From IMG/VR virus record IMGVR_UViG_3300021387_000175, positions 32,001 to 96,000 of that record: a DNA stretch of 64,000 nt; one strand, 5' to 3'. The stretch's first letter is position 1; each line of letters begins with the position of its first letter. Below the pieces are notes generated by a model. That model was not told the origin of the DNA. It saw nothing but the letters and a program-made list of their open reading frames with translations, and did no database searches. A program made the translations under genes and the position numbers. Below, one piece after another: positions 24,013 through 33,870 of this stretch. This DNA comes from a virus (taxonomy: Duplodnaviria; Caudoviricetes).

Positions 24013-24909
24013 TTAATGCTCTGCATCAAGATTCCGCATGAAATTCATTTGATCAGGTTTTATACCACTAGTATCAATAAAACCTGAATACGCACCCTTA
24101 AGGAGTGCCGTAGAAGATTCATATATCTGTAAACGTTGAACACTATCCATGAACTCAACAATGCCAACGTCCATCAGTTCTTTTTTTGTATATTTAAACC
24201 CAGGATGATTTAAACAAGAGGAGATAAGAGGAAATAAAACAGATTCATAAGGATCGTCTTTATGTTTTTCATAATTTTGTTGATCTTCCCAAATCAAAGC
24301 TTCTTTTGTGGCTTTTCCTTTACCAAATTCTTCTTTTGGAAAGATATTAAAAATAGTACGAATATACCATGTTAACTTATCACAAGTCGCTTCATCAATA
24401 GTAATATCCTGTTCAGGATCATACATAATGATGTATTTTTTCTCTGTGTCAGGTTCAGTTACCTGATACAATTCTAATTTGGAAAAATCCAGATCCCCGA
24501 ATAAGAATTGTGTATCTTCCTGTTTCAGTGTTGGTGCTAAAAATGTAAACAATTGAAAATCGGTCATCTTGCACCAATCATATCCTGCTTCCCATAAAAA
24601 CATTCTATAAGAAGTCGTGTTAGCAGTAAAAATATGAATTACAGAATAACATTTCTGTTCGCCTATTCTGATAATATCGCCTACAGTAGGTTGATAAATA
24701 GTGATTTTATCATTTAACTTATAAGGTTCACCCAAATATAATTGCATTTTGTCAATCTCATATTTAGGTTTATCTTTCTTTTTATTCTTTTCACGAGACT
24801 TCTCTAAAGTCTCTTTCGCAGCTTGCTCCTTTTCTTCCCGTGCTTTATTTTCTGCTTCGTGTTTAGCTTTTAATTGCTCAACAGCTTGCTCTTTAAGGGA
24901 GTTTGTCAT
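24013..24909 (-). CDS. Conserved phage late protein
   Basis: 298 aa ORF overlapping the upstream gene; function unknown. Confidence 0.7.
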   Translation of the reverse strand: MTNSLKEQAVEQLKAKHEAENKAREEKEQAAKETLEKSREKNKKKDKPKYEIDKMQLYLGEPYKLNDKITIYQPTVGDIIRIGEQKCYSVIHIFTANTTSYRMFLWEAGYDWCKMTDFQLFTFLAPTLKQEDTQFLFGDLDFSKLELYQVTEPDTEKKYIIMYDPEQDITIDEATCDKLTWYIRTIFNIFPKEEFGKGKATKEALIWEDQQNYEKHKDDPYESVLFPLISSCLNHPGFKYTKKELMDVGIVEFMDSVQRLQIYESSTALLKGAYSGFIDTSGIKPDQMNFMRNLDAEH

Positions 24910-25504
24910 ATTTGTTTGTCATCCCCATATGAGTAGGCACGAAATTAGGAGTGTTCACATTAAACTTTAAAATCCGAGCATAATATTTATCATCAATAAT
25001 ATCAGAATAATCAGATACACATTTTAATTGAAATCCCGTAACATTACTCCAACATAACAGATCTTTCACTATATAAGCAAGAAGATCTTGTCGAGTAATA
25101 TTATATTCTGTATAAACATCGTCTTCATGTACCATACAGAATACAACAATCTGTTGCACTTTCATTGCTTTATTATAATAAGAAGTGTCATAATCATGCA
25201 CATCAAACATAATAAAGTTATTTACCTCTTTCTGTACGCCATTCAGTTTAAGAAAGGGGATAATTTGCGGGGTTTCAACCCTTCTATTGTATTCTTCTAT
25301 TTCTTTCCTTAGTTTTAACTCCTGTTCTGTAGGAATAGATGGATCTTGGAATTTATTAAGAGGACGCTTATCACGTACTCCCAATACTTCTTTCAAGTCA
25401 GGATCTTCGTTGAAGACTTTACTTAAAACTGATTTCTTATAAATAATATCGTTATTCTGGTTATTTTCCAGATCCCGATCAATTTTATTTAAATCACGTA
25501 TCAT
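24893..25504 (-). CDS. Putative tail completion/terminator protein
   Basis: 203 aa; position in the neck gene cluster. Confidence 0.55.
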   Translation of the reverse strand: MIRDLNKIDRDLENNQNNDIIYKKSVLSKVFNEDPDLKEVLGVRDKRPLNKFQDPSIPTEQELKLRKEIEEYNRRVETPQIIPFLKLNGVQKEVNNFIMFDVHDYDTSYYNKAMKVQQIVVFCMVHEDDVYTEYNITRQDLLAYIVKDLLCWSNVTGFQLKCVSDYSDIIDDKYYARILKFNVNTPNFVPTHMGMTNKYDKLP

Positions 25505-26697
25505 CCTTTATCCACCTCCCACTCTATATTTACTTTATGCTGCCCATCTCGATCAATGGCAGACAAAATAAAATGTTTTCCTACCAATGAAGAAGCTTTA
25601 GAAGGTTTTACTTCAACTACGTCATCGTCATAAGTGACAAGTTTTATAAGACCTTCATAATATTTTTTCTCTTCATCCGTATATTCATTTCCATCATCCT
25701 TGAGTTTTACATCCCAGGTAGCAATTACATAATCTGTTCCAAGGGATGCTCTATAAAAATATCTCTTTCCCATTAAAAGGATAGAGTTATAGAAATCTTG
25801 AGAGACTAATTCGTCATTCTCATCCAGAGACATCTCAATTATACTGAAAATCTTTTCATCGAATTTATATTCAGCAACCTCTGATTTCATGTCTCCCATA
25901 TTGGTATAATAATCACATATTTTAAGATCCACATTATCTCGTTTTGAGTTATAATCATCTTGTTTTACATTACATTTAATTAGACCTGATGGTGATAGTT
26001 CGATTACCTTCGTAACTTGATATACCTTGGGGTCTAATTCATTGTTAGTTAACATAAAACGCTGATCATGCATTATGGTTCTGGTATCATCTAAACCTAA
26101 TTGAGTAAGATTCTCTCCATAAATATAATGTGTATCAGGAACCCAAAAACCAGTTAAGTTATCAAGTGCTACGGAATATTCAGATCTCCAAATACCGCTT
26201 GTGTAGCTGTTAGCAGCTCTTATTGTTCCATAGCAACTATTAATCTGACCATTATATATCCATTGAAAATTCCAGTTACAATGCAGCACATTATATCTCA
26301 CATATGCATTCTGATTATCCCTGTCAACAATCATCCACCATAAATGTCTGTTTTCTGGTGGTTGTAAAAAAGGATTCTTTAATTCTTCTTCTGTCAAGTC
26401 CAAATCAGGGCCTGTATCATTAGGAATTAAAATATAACTACCAATAGGATAATGTACCTTTGGACGAAATTGCAGATAATAGTCTACATCATCTTTGGCA
26501 ATAGATTGCGCAAAGTGGAATTGATACTTTGCATCTTCCCATTTCCAACCGTCTTTAGTCAGTACGTAAACTCGCTTATAAGTAGGATCATCCGTAAAGG
26601 TATTGTTTAATACCATATCTGATTGATTTCTTCTTATTTGTGCGAGATTACCGCCATAAGAGGTTAAGTGATTTTTATAAACATTATAATTTATCAT
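25501..26697 (-). CDS. Putative head closure/head-tail joining protein
   Basis: Likely ATG 26697 (SD GGAGGTGG); beta-rich; neck cluster position. Confidence 0.55.
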   Translation of the reverse strand: MINYNVYKNHLTSYGGNLAQIRRNQSDMVLNNTFTDDPTYKRVYVLTKDGWKWEDAKYQFHFAQSIAKDDVDYYLQFRPKVHYPIGSYILIPNDTGPDLDLTEEELKNPFLQPPENRHLWWMIVDRDNQNAYVRYNVLHCNWNFQWIYNGQINSCYGTIRAANSYTSGIWRSEYSVALDNLTGFWVPDTHYIYGENLTQLGLDDTRTIMHDQRFMLTNNELDPKVYQVTKVIELSPSGLIKCNVKQDDYNSKRDNVDLKICDYYTNMGDMKSEVAEYKFDEKIFSIIEMSLDENDELVSQDFYNSILLMGKRYFYRASLGTDYVIATWDVKLKDDGNEYTDEEKKYYEGLIKLVTYDDDVVEVKPSKASSLVGKHFILSAIDRDGQHKVNIEWEVDKG

Positions 26698-27052
26698 CAC
26701 TACCACCTCCTTGGCTATTGGCAATCTTATCTATAAGCATATGTGCATCTAAGATACGTTTTCTGTAAACAGAAAAATCAAAGTCTTCCTGCTCAGTAAG
26801 CAATATTGCACCCTGAAGAAGACACATAATAGCGCAAATCTGGGGTGGATAGAAGAGTAGATCATTTAATCCACTGATCTCACACATGACATTATCGAAG
26901 TACTTTTTAAATGCTTCGGATGTCATTTCTGGATATAATTCCGTCATTTTAGGATCTTTATATAATAATAACCAATGTATTTTTTTATGTAGTTGTTTGA
27001 TATATTCGTTAAACTGCTCAGTTTGAAATGAACCATATTTATGATCAATCAT
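26684..27052 (-). CDS. Hypothetical neck-cluster protein
   Basis: 122 aa ORF, translationally coupled. Confidence 0.7.
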   Translation of the reverse strand: MIDHKYGSFQTEQFNEYIKQLHKKIHWLLLYKDPKMTELYPEMTSEAFKKYFDNVMCEISGLNDLLFYPPQICAIMCLLQGAILLTEQEDFDFSVYRKRILDAHMLIDKIANSQGGGSDDKL

Positions 27053-27516
27053 AAGTCTTCTCCATTAACATAAGCGTTATAGATATATCCTCTATCACAG
27101 ATCATGCGTCTGCGCTCTTTCTTGAGAGCCTTAAGAAGATTAGAGACTTCTTGAATTTGTTGGGCCTGTGAGTAATACTTTTCTTCTTTACTTCCAAACA
27201 TTTGTTTAATATTATTTAAACTTTGAAGTTTGGGAGTAAGCCATTCAATACACATTCCAAGTACTAGAAGTTCTGTAACAAAATCTTCATCTTCCATTTC
27301 TTCAACGGGAGATTTTAACTCATAAGAAAATCGCATTACGTCATCATCAAAAGTGACAGTAGAGAATAATCTACGAATATACGGTGGACGCATTGCTGCA
27401 TGGAGCCAACTACATAAAAAATCCTGAGCAGTGTTATCATCCAACTCTAAAAAATCGAAGGCTTCCACCCGTAAGTAGAAGCCTGAATATATATCATTAT
27501 ATGCAATAGAGGCCAT
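27049..27516 (-). CDS. Putative head-tail adaptor protein
   Basis: 155 aa helical ORF two genes after the capsid gene; SD GGAGGT. Confidence 0.6.
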   Translation of the reverse strand: MASIAYNDIYSGFYLRVEAFDFLELDDNTAQDFLCSWLHAAMRPPYIRRLFSTVTFDDDVMRFSYELKSPVEEMEDEDFVTELLVLGMCIEWLTPKLQSLNNIKQMFGSKEEKYYSQAQQIQEVSNLLKALKKERRRMICDRGYIYNAYVNGEDL

Positions 27517-27537
27517 TGGTTATACCTCCATTCTGGG

Positions 27538-28062
27538 TTAATCTTGCACTAAGCGCATCAGCATTTTTGTATCAAAAATTTCATCCAGTTTTTGAATTCT
27601 CTTGATACTATCAAAAGTACCATTATCAATCATAGTAGATACTAGCGTTTGCAATGCGTCTTTTGCTCCTTCAGGCAGTTCTTTGATAGCTTTTTCCATT
27701 TGAGATGCAGGAAGTTTAAGGATAGCTTTTAAATCATCTGCGGAATACATTGTTCCATACAGATCCTCTAAAGCAGGAAATTCTTTTAAGAAATCCTTAT
27801 CCATTACAATAAATCTTGGTTTATACATAATTTTATCCTTCGAACGTGCTGCATAAGCAAGATCCTGATACTCAAGTGGAACTACATCATCAATATCTGC
27901 CCAAGTGTACAGATTCTTTGTTTTCGCACCCTCGAAATGTAATTTACCTGGAGTAATTGAAATACAATCAATAAACTCATCAGATTTAAATCGTTTTTTT
28001 TCAATTACTTCTTTTTCAACAGTCACTTTAGGGGCGCTTGTAATTTTTTTATTTTCAGCCAT
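27538..28062 (-). CDS. Hypothetical protein following the major capsid gene
   Basis: 174 aa ORF with SD. Confidence 0.75.
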   Translation of the reverse strand: MAENKKITSAPKVTVEKEVIEKKRFKSDEFIDCISITPGKLHFEGAKTKNLYTWADIDDVVPLEYQDLAYAARSKDKIMYKPRFIVMDKDFLKEFPALEDLYGTMYSADDLKAILKLPASQMEKAIKELPEGAKDALQTLVSTMIDNGTFDSIKRIQKLDEIFDTKMLMRLVQD

Positions 28063-28094
28063 GTCTTTTCTCCCTTTTAATCCTAAGAATTATA

Positions 28095-29225
28095 TTACTG
28101 GAAATTCCACTGACCAAAATACTGAGTAAGAACAGTACCAACGCCAAATTCCCTCTGCACTTCATAAGTGCGGAAGTCGTCAGCCAGGTCAGCTTTGTTT
28201 TCTCCTCTTTCAACAATCTGGATTTCACCACGATCAGTAACCTTAATCATCTTTTCCTGACCACGAGCAAAGATCAGCAGCTTATCATTAGGAATCAGCT
28301 TATTGGTTACATCATTCATAGCAAATCTCTGAGGTACTTCTACCAGAGCAACACCCTCATAATCACCTAAACGTCCCATATGGGCAACATCTTCTTTCTG
28401 AGAAGGTGCTCTCCAGTTAACGTCAGTCAGATTATTCAGAGCCTTCAGAGCGGTCTTAGTACCAATAATAACTACCTCTGCACCACCATTAGCCATCTGA
28501 ACATCTTCCAGAAGCTCATCAAAATCAGCTTTAGTAGAAGCACTCAGTACGCCAGTCTGAACAAACTGAGACTGGTTCGGCAGTTTAGCGGAAGCAGCGT
28601 AGAACTCAGTAAAGGTCATTTCTTTAATCTTTGCAATATAAGCCTCAGCAATCTTATCAGTCAGTTTGGTGAAATCAATACGACCAAGCAGGATCATATC
28701 AATATCTTTACCAACCTTCACACCATAAGGTTTGGTATGAATCCGATAAGGCTGACCTGCACTTAAGTGCTGCATAGTAAGGTCATGATGGTCACCTGAT
28801 ACTTCAGCAACAATAAAATTAGCTTCAGGATCAGTCTCCCAATATTCCTCATCATCACCAAGAGCGATATTACGATATTCTACATAATCATCAAAGAATT
28901 CATCAGCCTGTAAACCAGTTACGACTTTGAATTCAATATCCTGTTCGATCAATTCAAACAGTTCGTCAGCATGTTTGTTGATCATTCTGGAACGTCTTTT
29001 CTTAGACTTCATGTCTTCTTCAGTCAGTTCACAGACTTCCATCAGAATTTTACGAATGGCCTGGTTAGCTTCATGTTTAGAGATCTTGCGTCCATTACCA
29101 TTCTCATCATATTCATATACATCATTGCCATGATTCAGATCAAAGCACAGATTACGAAATGCATCATACTTTTCCTCGTCTGCGAATACTTCACGCAGAT
29201 GATTTGAACTAAAATTCACTTTCAT
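28095..29225 (-). CDS. Major capsid protein
   Basis: 376 aa, strong SD AAAGGAGG, biased codon use, position after the scaffold and decoration genes. Confidence 0.85.
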   Translation of the reverse strand: MKVNFSSNHLREVFADEEKYDAFRNLCFDLNHGNDVYEYDENGNGRKISKHEANQAIRKILMEVCELTEEDMKSKKRRSRMINKHADELFELIEQDIEFKVVTGLQADEFFDDYVEYRNIALGDDEEYWETDPEANFIVAEVSGDHHDLTMQHLSAGQPYRIHTKPYGVKVGKDIDMILLGRIDFTKLTDKIAEAYIAKIKEMTFTEFYAASAKLPNQSQFVQTGVLSASTKADFDELLEDVQMANGGAEVVIIGTKTALKALNNLTDVNWRAPSQKEDVAHMGRLGDYEGVALVEVPQRFAMNDVTNKLIPNDKLLIFARGQEKMIKVTDRGEIQIVERGENKADLADDFRTYEVQREFGVGTVLTQYFGQWNFQ

Positions 29226-29250
29226 AGTAATTTCCTCCTTTCTCTAAAAA

Positions 29251-29742
29251 TTAAGCACTAACTACGAACTTACCATTGGTAATAGTAGTGATTTTCTTAC
29301 CTGCTGCAGGTGTGCCATCAAAACCTTCTTCAGACAGCCAATAACGATCCAGAGCATGCATAATATAACCACGAACGGGACCATCTTTAGGATCGTTGTA
29401 GAAATTCTCTTCAAGAGTCAGCTGACGAGGAGACTCCTCTTCAATAAGAGGCTTCTGATAAATAAAAGCAGTCTTATCATCAGTTACCTCATCAATATGT
29501 ACAAGCCACAGCTTGGATACAGGATGCTGTAAAACAATAGTAGCCTTTACCTGATTAGAAGCAGCTTCATACTCCCACAGATCTAAAGCTTTCATACCTT
29601 TTACATGAACTACACGTCCATTATCAATACCATTGGTTTCACCAGAAATATCTAAAGATACCATATGCTCACCGTAATCCTGAGCAATGGAATTACCAAT
29701 CTCAGCACGGGTGTGCTTCTGCACAGACCATTGAATAGCCAT
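29251..29742 (-). CDS. Putative capsid decoration protein
   Basis: ATG 29742 with SD AAAGGAG; 163 aa beta-rich gene between scaffold and capsid genes. Confidence 0.65.
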   Translation of the reverse strand: MAIQWSVQKHTRAEIGNSIAQDYGEHMVSLDISGETNGIDNGRVVHVKGMKALDLWEYEAASNQVKATIVLQHPVSKLWLVHIDEVTDDKTAFIYQKPLIEEESPRQLTLEENFYNDPKDGPVRGYIMHALDRYWLSEEGFDGTPAAGKKITTITNGKFVVSA

Positions 29743-30032
29743 AATTATTTCTCCTTTCATAAAATAATTAAATAGGATGAGCAAGTAATGCATACCCGCC
29801 ATCTATGTTGTTATTTAGTAAATATTCATCATAAAACTGAAAAAGACGTGGATTTTCATCCATGTCTTTTTCTGCCGTTTTTCTATTATGTGTACAACAC
29901 TTTCTCCAATAAAATAAGAGGCTACCTTTCGTAGTCTCTCAAATATAAGAAAAGAATGAGTGGTAATTATCCACCAAATTCCTTATGTTGGTATTAAGAA
30001 CATACCCCTAATATGCGTAACCAACCAATCTA

Positions 30033-31748
30033 TTATTTCTTAAACAGATTTCCGTATCTGCTCTTTTTAGGATTTCCTTTCGCACCACTAGGTACTAATC
30101 CCATACGAGTAACTTTCTTCTTTTTCTCTTCCTCATTGGCTTCGAAATTTAAAGAACCACTCTTAGCATAATTCAGAAGCATACCATCAACCTTTTCTTT
30201 TAACTCTTCAAAGGTCATTTCATTCTTACCATCATTAACCTCGTTAACAATAGCAGTGAAATCTTCCTTATCAGCAATTGCAGAATAATCATCTGATGCG
30301 ACTAATTCTTTCTTCTGATACTGTGCCAGATCCTTAGAAATCTGCTCATAATTCTGTCTCATGTTTTCGACTTGCATCTTTTCAGATTCTGTCAGTAACA
30401 TAGCAAATAACTGCGTTCTTTCACCAGAAAGACTAACAGTGTCACCGTCCTTGGTATAACTCTGTTTCCAGAATTTATCAGAATCCCAATCTTCCATAAT
30501 GAAGTAATCTTCATAAATATCTGCTACGTAACACCATTCATTCTCATTACGGTAAACAGTACATAATGCATTAAGACTCTGACGGATTTCATTAAAGCTT
30601 AATTCAAACAGTTGACTAAACAATTCTTCTTTGGTAAGAGAATTATTCTGTTTCTTCTTTTTGCCAGTAGTCGCAGAATCATCATCATTTACTGCACCGT
30701 CATCTGGATCATCTTCCGTATTATCATTACCAGTAGGTTCTGTAACAGGATCTGTAACAGGATCTGTAACAGGATCTGTAACAGGATCTTCTTTAGGATC
30801 AGCAGCGGGTTCAGGATCAGTTCCACCTTCAGTTCCCTCACCCGTATCATCAGGATCATCAAATGCTGTCTTAAAGGCGGTTTCTAATTCCTCATCAGAT
30901 AATCCTTCATAACTGAACGTAATATCTTCCTCAGTCTTGCCATATTTCTCTAAAAGTTCAGTAAACTTATCCATTGGCGTTTCCTCCTTTCTTTCAGCAT
31001 TATTTATATTTAAACTCTCAAGCGTTTTATTAAGTGTCTCAAGAGTCTCAATCAATTTATCATTTCGCTCATAGTTCATTTCCTGCGCTGCGAAATCTTC
31101 AATCTGTAAATGCGCATTTTGCATTCCTGGTCTACGATCCTCTCCCAAAAGTGTAATTCCACCTAATTCAATATCCTCTAATAACAATTCTTTCTTCTTA
31201 GCATCATAGGACATCTTATTGACATACAGTTCTGCGGATACATCTGTACCACCTCTGCGTTCAATAATTTCCGCAGCAGGAGTATACTCTCTTGGAATAG
31301 CAGCTTTAGCATAAACGTAATATCGTTTATCTTTCTTATCATATTTCATTACAGGATCATCAGATGTAATGCATCCTACCTGCTTTTCCAAATAAACAAT
31401 ATTTCCATTATCATCTATTTCCATATCATGAGCAGTAAAATCCAATACTTCGGTTCCATCGTCTAATGTAACAGTTTGGTAATTACAAAGAATTGGTTTA
31501 TATTTAAATCCGTTTAAACTATTTTCCATGGCTTTCTTTGTAACATTTGATCCGTTATTATTCTTATTAGTATGGAATGCCCTGATATTGGCGAATAACA
31601 TAGACTCATCATCAGATTCTTCCTGCTCAAAAGTCGCAGGAACACTCACGCATAACTTATAACCATTTTTATTTGAATCAAACTCTGTAAAATTTTGCTC
31701 TTCACAGAATTTAACTAACTGATCAATAGTCATTATTGTCTTACGCAT
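30033..31748 (-). CDS. Prohead protease-scaffold fusion
   Basis: N-terminal 'FHTNKNNNGS...KPIL...DVSAEL...GITLLG' protease-like region, then an acidic linker and coiled-coil scaffold; follows the portal gene. Confidence 0.75.
   Translation of the reverse strand: MRKTIMTIDQLVKFCEEQNFTEFDSNKNGYKLCVSVPATFEQEESDDESMLFANIRAFHTNKNNNGSNVTKKAMENSLNGFKYKPILCNYQTVTLDDGTEVLDFTAHDMEIDDNGNIVYLEKQVGCITSDDPVMKYDKKDKRYYVYAKAAIPREYTPAAEIIERRGGTDVSAELYVNKMSYDAKKKELLLEDIELGGITLLGEDRRPGMQNAHLQIEDFAAQEMNYERNDKLIETLETLNKTLESLNINNAERKEETPMDKFTELLEKYGKTEEDITFSYEGLSDEELETAFKTAFDDPDDTGEGTEGGTDPEPAADPKEDPVTDPVTDPVTDPVTEPTGNDNTEDDPDDGAVNDDDSATTGKKKKQNNSLTKEELFSQLFELSFNEIRQSLNALCTVYRNENEWCYVADIYEDYFIMEDWDSDKFWKQSYTKDGDTVSLSGERTQLFAMLLTESEKMQVENMRQNYEQISKDLAQYQKKELVASDDYSAIADKEDFTAIVNEVNDGKNEMTFEELKEKVDGMLLNYAKSGSLNFEANEEEKKKKVTRMGLVPSGAKGNPKKSRYGNLFKK
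30738..30788. repeat. 12-bp tandem repeat (TCTGTAACAGGA, about 4 copies) encoding DPVT repeats
   Basis: Directly visible in the sequence. Confidence 0.9.
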
Positions 31749-31803
31749 CTTTAACCTCCTTTCCTTTAAAATAAAAACTCCTCATCTTAAATAGGAGAGG
31801 AGA

Positions 31804-31974
31804 TTAAACGAACAATTTATTCGTATATATAGTATTCTCATTTAATGAGAATGTAATCTTATCATTATTTATGAAAGTCCATCCAGAAGAACTCTGATAA
31901 ACTTCTTTTAATCCCAGTTTTCTTAAGGTTTCAGCAGTTTCTTTGGATGTTGTATATATAAATTTCTTATCCAT
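31804..31974 (-). CDS. Small protein (56 aa) between portal and protease genes
   Basis: SD AAGGAG; MDKKFIYTTSKETAETLRKLG...TNKLFV; below the ORF-track cutoff. Confidence 0.75.
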   Translation of the reverse strand: MDKKFIYTTSKETAETLRKLGLKEVYQSSSGWTFINNDKITFSLNENTIYTNKLFV

Positions 31975-31983
31975 AATTACTCC

Positions 31984-33546
31984 TTAAGACTGTGCTTTAT
32001 CTCTTTTTTCTGCAGATTCATCTCCAGTATCCGTTGGCGTATCAGACTTAGGTCTGCCACCAGTAACTGGATCTGTTCCATCTGTCACCACACCAGAATT
32101 AGTAAACGAAGAATTAAGAGGATAAATCATGATATCCTGAAGTTTAAGAACTTCGTTCTCCAAGAAAAGCATAGCCAGACTATCTTTTTCGGAGAATCCG
32201 TTAAGAGTCATATATGCTAATTTAGTAGGTAATGAATACTGTCCCGCTTTCAGCATGTCTTCCTTAAATTGCTCTCTGGTATATACGGATATGGGGAAGA
32301 ATTTAACTGTACAAGGATTACTACACAGATACCCCAATTGTCTGTTCACGAATGCCTGTGTCTGGGGAAGAAGAGAGGAGATAGCAAATTCGGTATTTGC
32401 AACCTGTGAATATCTAAATGCTTCTGCACCAGATATGGTTTCTCCATTTAAAATCTCCGCACCGCCAGTAGTATTTAATACTGTTTTTGTAGCATTTGAG
32501 ACTTTCGTGGTATCACCTGCAGCCTGATCATCAAATGATATAGAATCAAGCTTACCCGGTACTAATGCAGCGCTAATATAATCAGGTAATGCTTCATTGA
32601 TCATTCTCTGAAAATAAGCCAATACCAGATCTGGATTAACTTTCCAATCATCCACATCTTCGCCAATAGTTTCCATTTGTAACCAGATCATTTTATATAT
32701 TTCCTGCTCATCTGCAATGGCCTGAATATCTTCCAGATCGGCTAAATTGATCAAAGCATTAAACGCTGCTAAAAATGGAGGAAGGACAGTTTCATAATCC
32801 TCATAACGGTATTTTAGACAAATAGCATATTCATCTGGTACTGGTTGCCATTTTTCACCAGAACTCTGATATGCTCTATACATTTCATCAAAAGGTTCGG
32901 GAATATACTCAAGTAATTCCTGACGAGATCTCAGATACGTCATATCCATACTAATGGCAAAATCACCAGTGGTATATTTGCCATCAATTCGTGCATAATT
33001 CGCAGGAATCTGCCAAATAAATACACCAGTTTCATCTATAAGATAAATTCCATAAAATACATCCTGTACAAAACATGTAAGATATATACTATAGAATTCT
33101 TGTTGTAAATGCATTAACTCAATCCAATCGAGCGTTTCCTGATAAGATTTAAGTGTTTTATTTACATCTGCTCCCTTAATTAAATCGTATTGAGGAATAA
33201 CAGATCTTCCATTTAAATAAAACATATTCGCATAAAAATGACATAATCTCATATACGTCATAGAACGATAAAATAAATACCAAGATAAGTTTCTTAAGTT
33301 TTGTTCATTACTGCCCAAATTACGCATGTAAGTACGTAACTGCTCTTTACTAAAAACACTAATAGCTTTTGTCTGAGTCTTTGTTACATCTCTTAAACGA
33401 ATAGCGTTTCTTTGATCTTCTTCATATTTTTGTAATTTAGCTTGGGCTTTCTCATAATCTTGCACTAATTGTTTTTGCTGTGCTACAGTTAATCTCGAAG
33501 ATGCCGAAGCACTCTTCGGAGAAGATTTTACTTGTGCCATAGACAC
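31984..33546 (-). CDS. Portal protein
   Basis: 520 aa after the terminase; C-terminal 'GGRPK' tail typical of portals. Confidence 0.8.
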   Translation of the reverse strand: MSMAQVKSSPKSASASSRLTVAQQKQLVQDYEKAQAKLQKYEEDQRNAIRLRDVTKTQTKAISVFSKEQLRTYMRNLGSNEQNLRNLSWYLFYRSMTYMRLCHFYANMFYLNGRSVIPQYDLIKGADVNKTLKSYQETLDWIELMHLQQEFYSIYLTCFVQDVFYGIYLIDETGVFIWQIPANYARIDGKYTTGDFAISMDMTYLRSRQELLEYIPEPFDEMYRAYQSSGEKWQPVPDEYAICLKYRYEDYETVLPPFLAAFNALINLADLEDIQAIADEQEIYKMIWLQMETIGEDVDDWKVNPDLVLAYFQRMINEALPDYISAALVPGKLDSISFDDQAAGDTTKVSNATKTVLNTTGGAEILNGETISGAEAFRYSQVANTEFAISSLLPQTQAFVNRQLGYLCSNPCTVKFFPISVYTREQFKEDMLKAGQYSLPTKLAYMTLNGFSEKDSLAMLFLENEVLKLQDIMIYPLNSSFTNSGVVTDGTDPVTGGRPKSDTPTDTGDESAEKRDKAQS

Positions 33547-33550
33547 CTCC

Positions 33551-33579
33551 TTGACTTTAAGTTTTTTGTTATCTAAAAT
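33551..33579 (+). promoter_or_regulatory. sigmaA-type promoter of an antisense small-peptide gene
   Basis: TTGACT-17 nt-TAAAAT, abutting the portal translation start region. Confidence 0.8.
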
Positions 33580-33647
33580 AGAGGTGATGGGAGAGTAATG
33601 TACCTCTTACTCTCCCAGGTATAAATTCAGAAAGGAGGACTATTATA

Positions 33648-33794
33648 ATGACAGTTATAGTAAATATAGGTATGTGCTGTTTAGCATGTAACTTAACTAA
33701 TGTAATTACTAAACTGATTGTCAGTTTAGTTCTGGTACGCCATCCTGAACTATCTGATAAGAAAGTTAAGTACATTACACATATGTTTGCATAA
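33648..33794 (+). CDS. 48-aa hydrophobic peptide, candidate type I TA toxin
   Basis: SD GAAAGGAGG; MTVIVNIGMCCLACNLTNVITKLIVSLVLVRHPELSDKKVKYITHMFA; 5' and 3' hairpins. Confidence 0.7.
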   Translation: MTVIVNIGMCCLACNLTNVITKLIVSLVLVRHPELSDKKVKYITHMFA

Positions 33795-33870
33795 CTCGTC
33801 ACGATAATGTCCCAAGTATGAATTGTGCCAAGGGTGGGGTACAGTACGCATACCCTGCCCTTTCATATAT

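Noticed and set aside
30738-30788. CRISPR-like repeat
   Set aside because: A 12-bp coding tandem repeat without spacers; no CRISPR array was seen in the window.
33569-33802. 77-aa minus-strand ORF between terL and portal
   Set aside because: No clear SD; the plus-strand 48-aa ORF has a promoter, SD and terminal hairpin.
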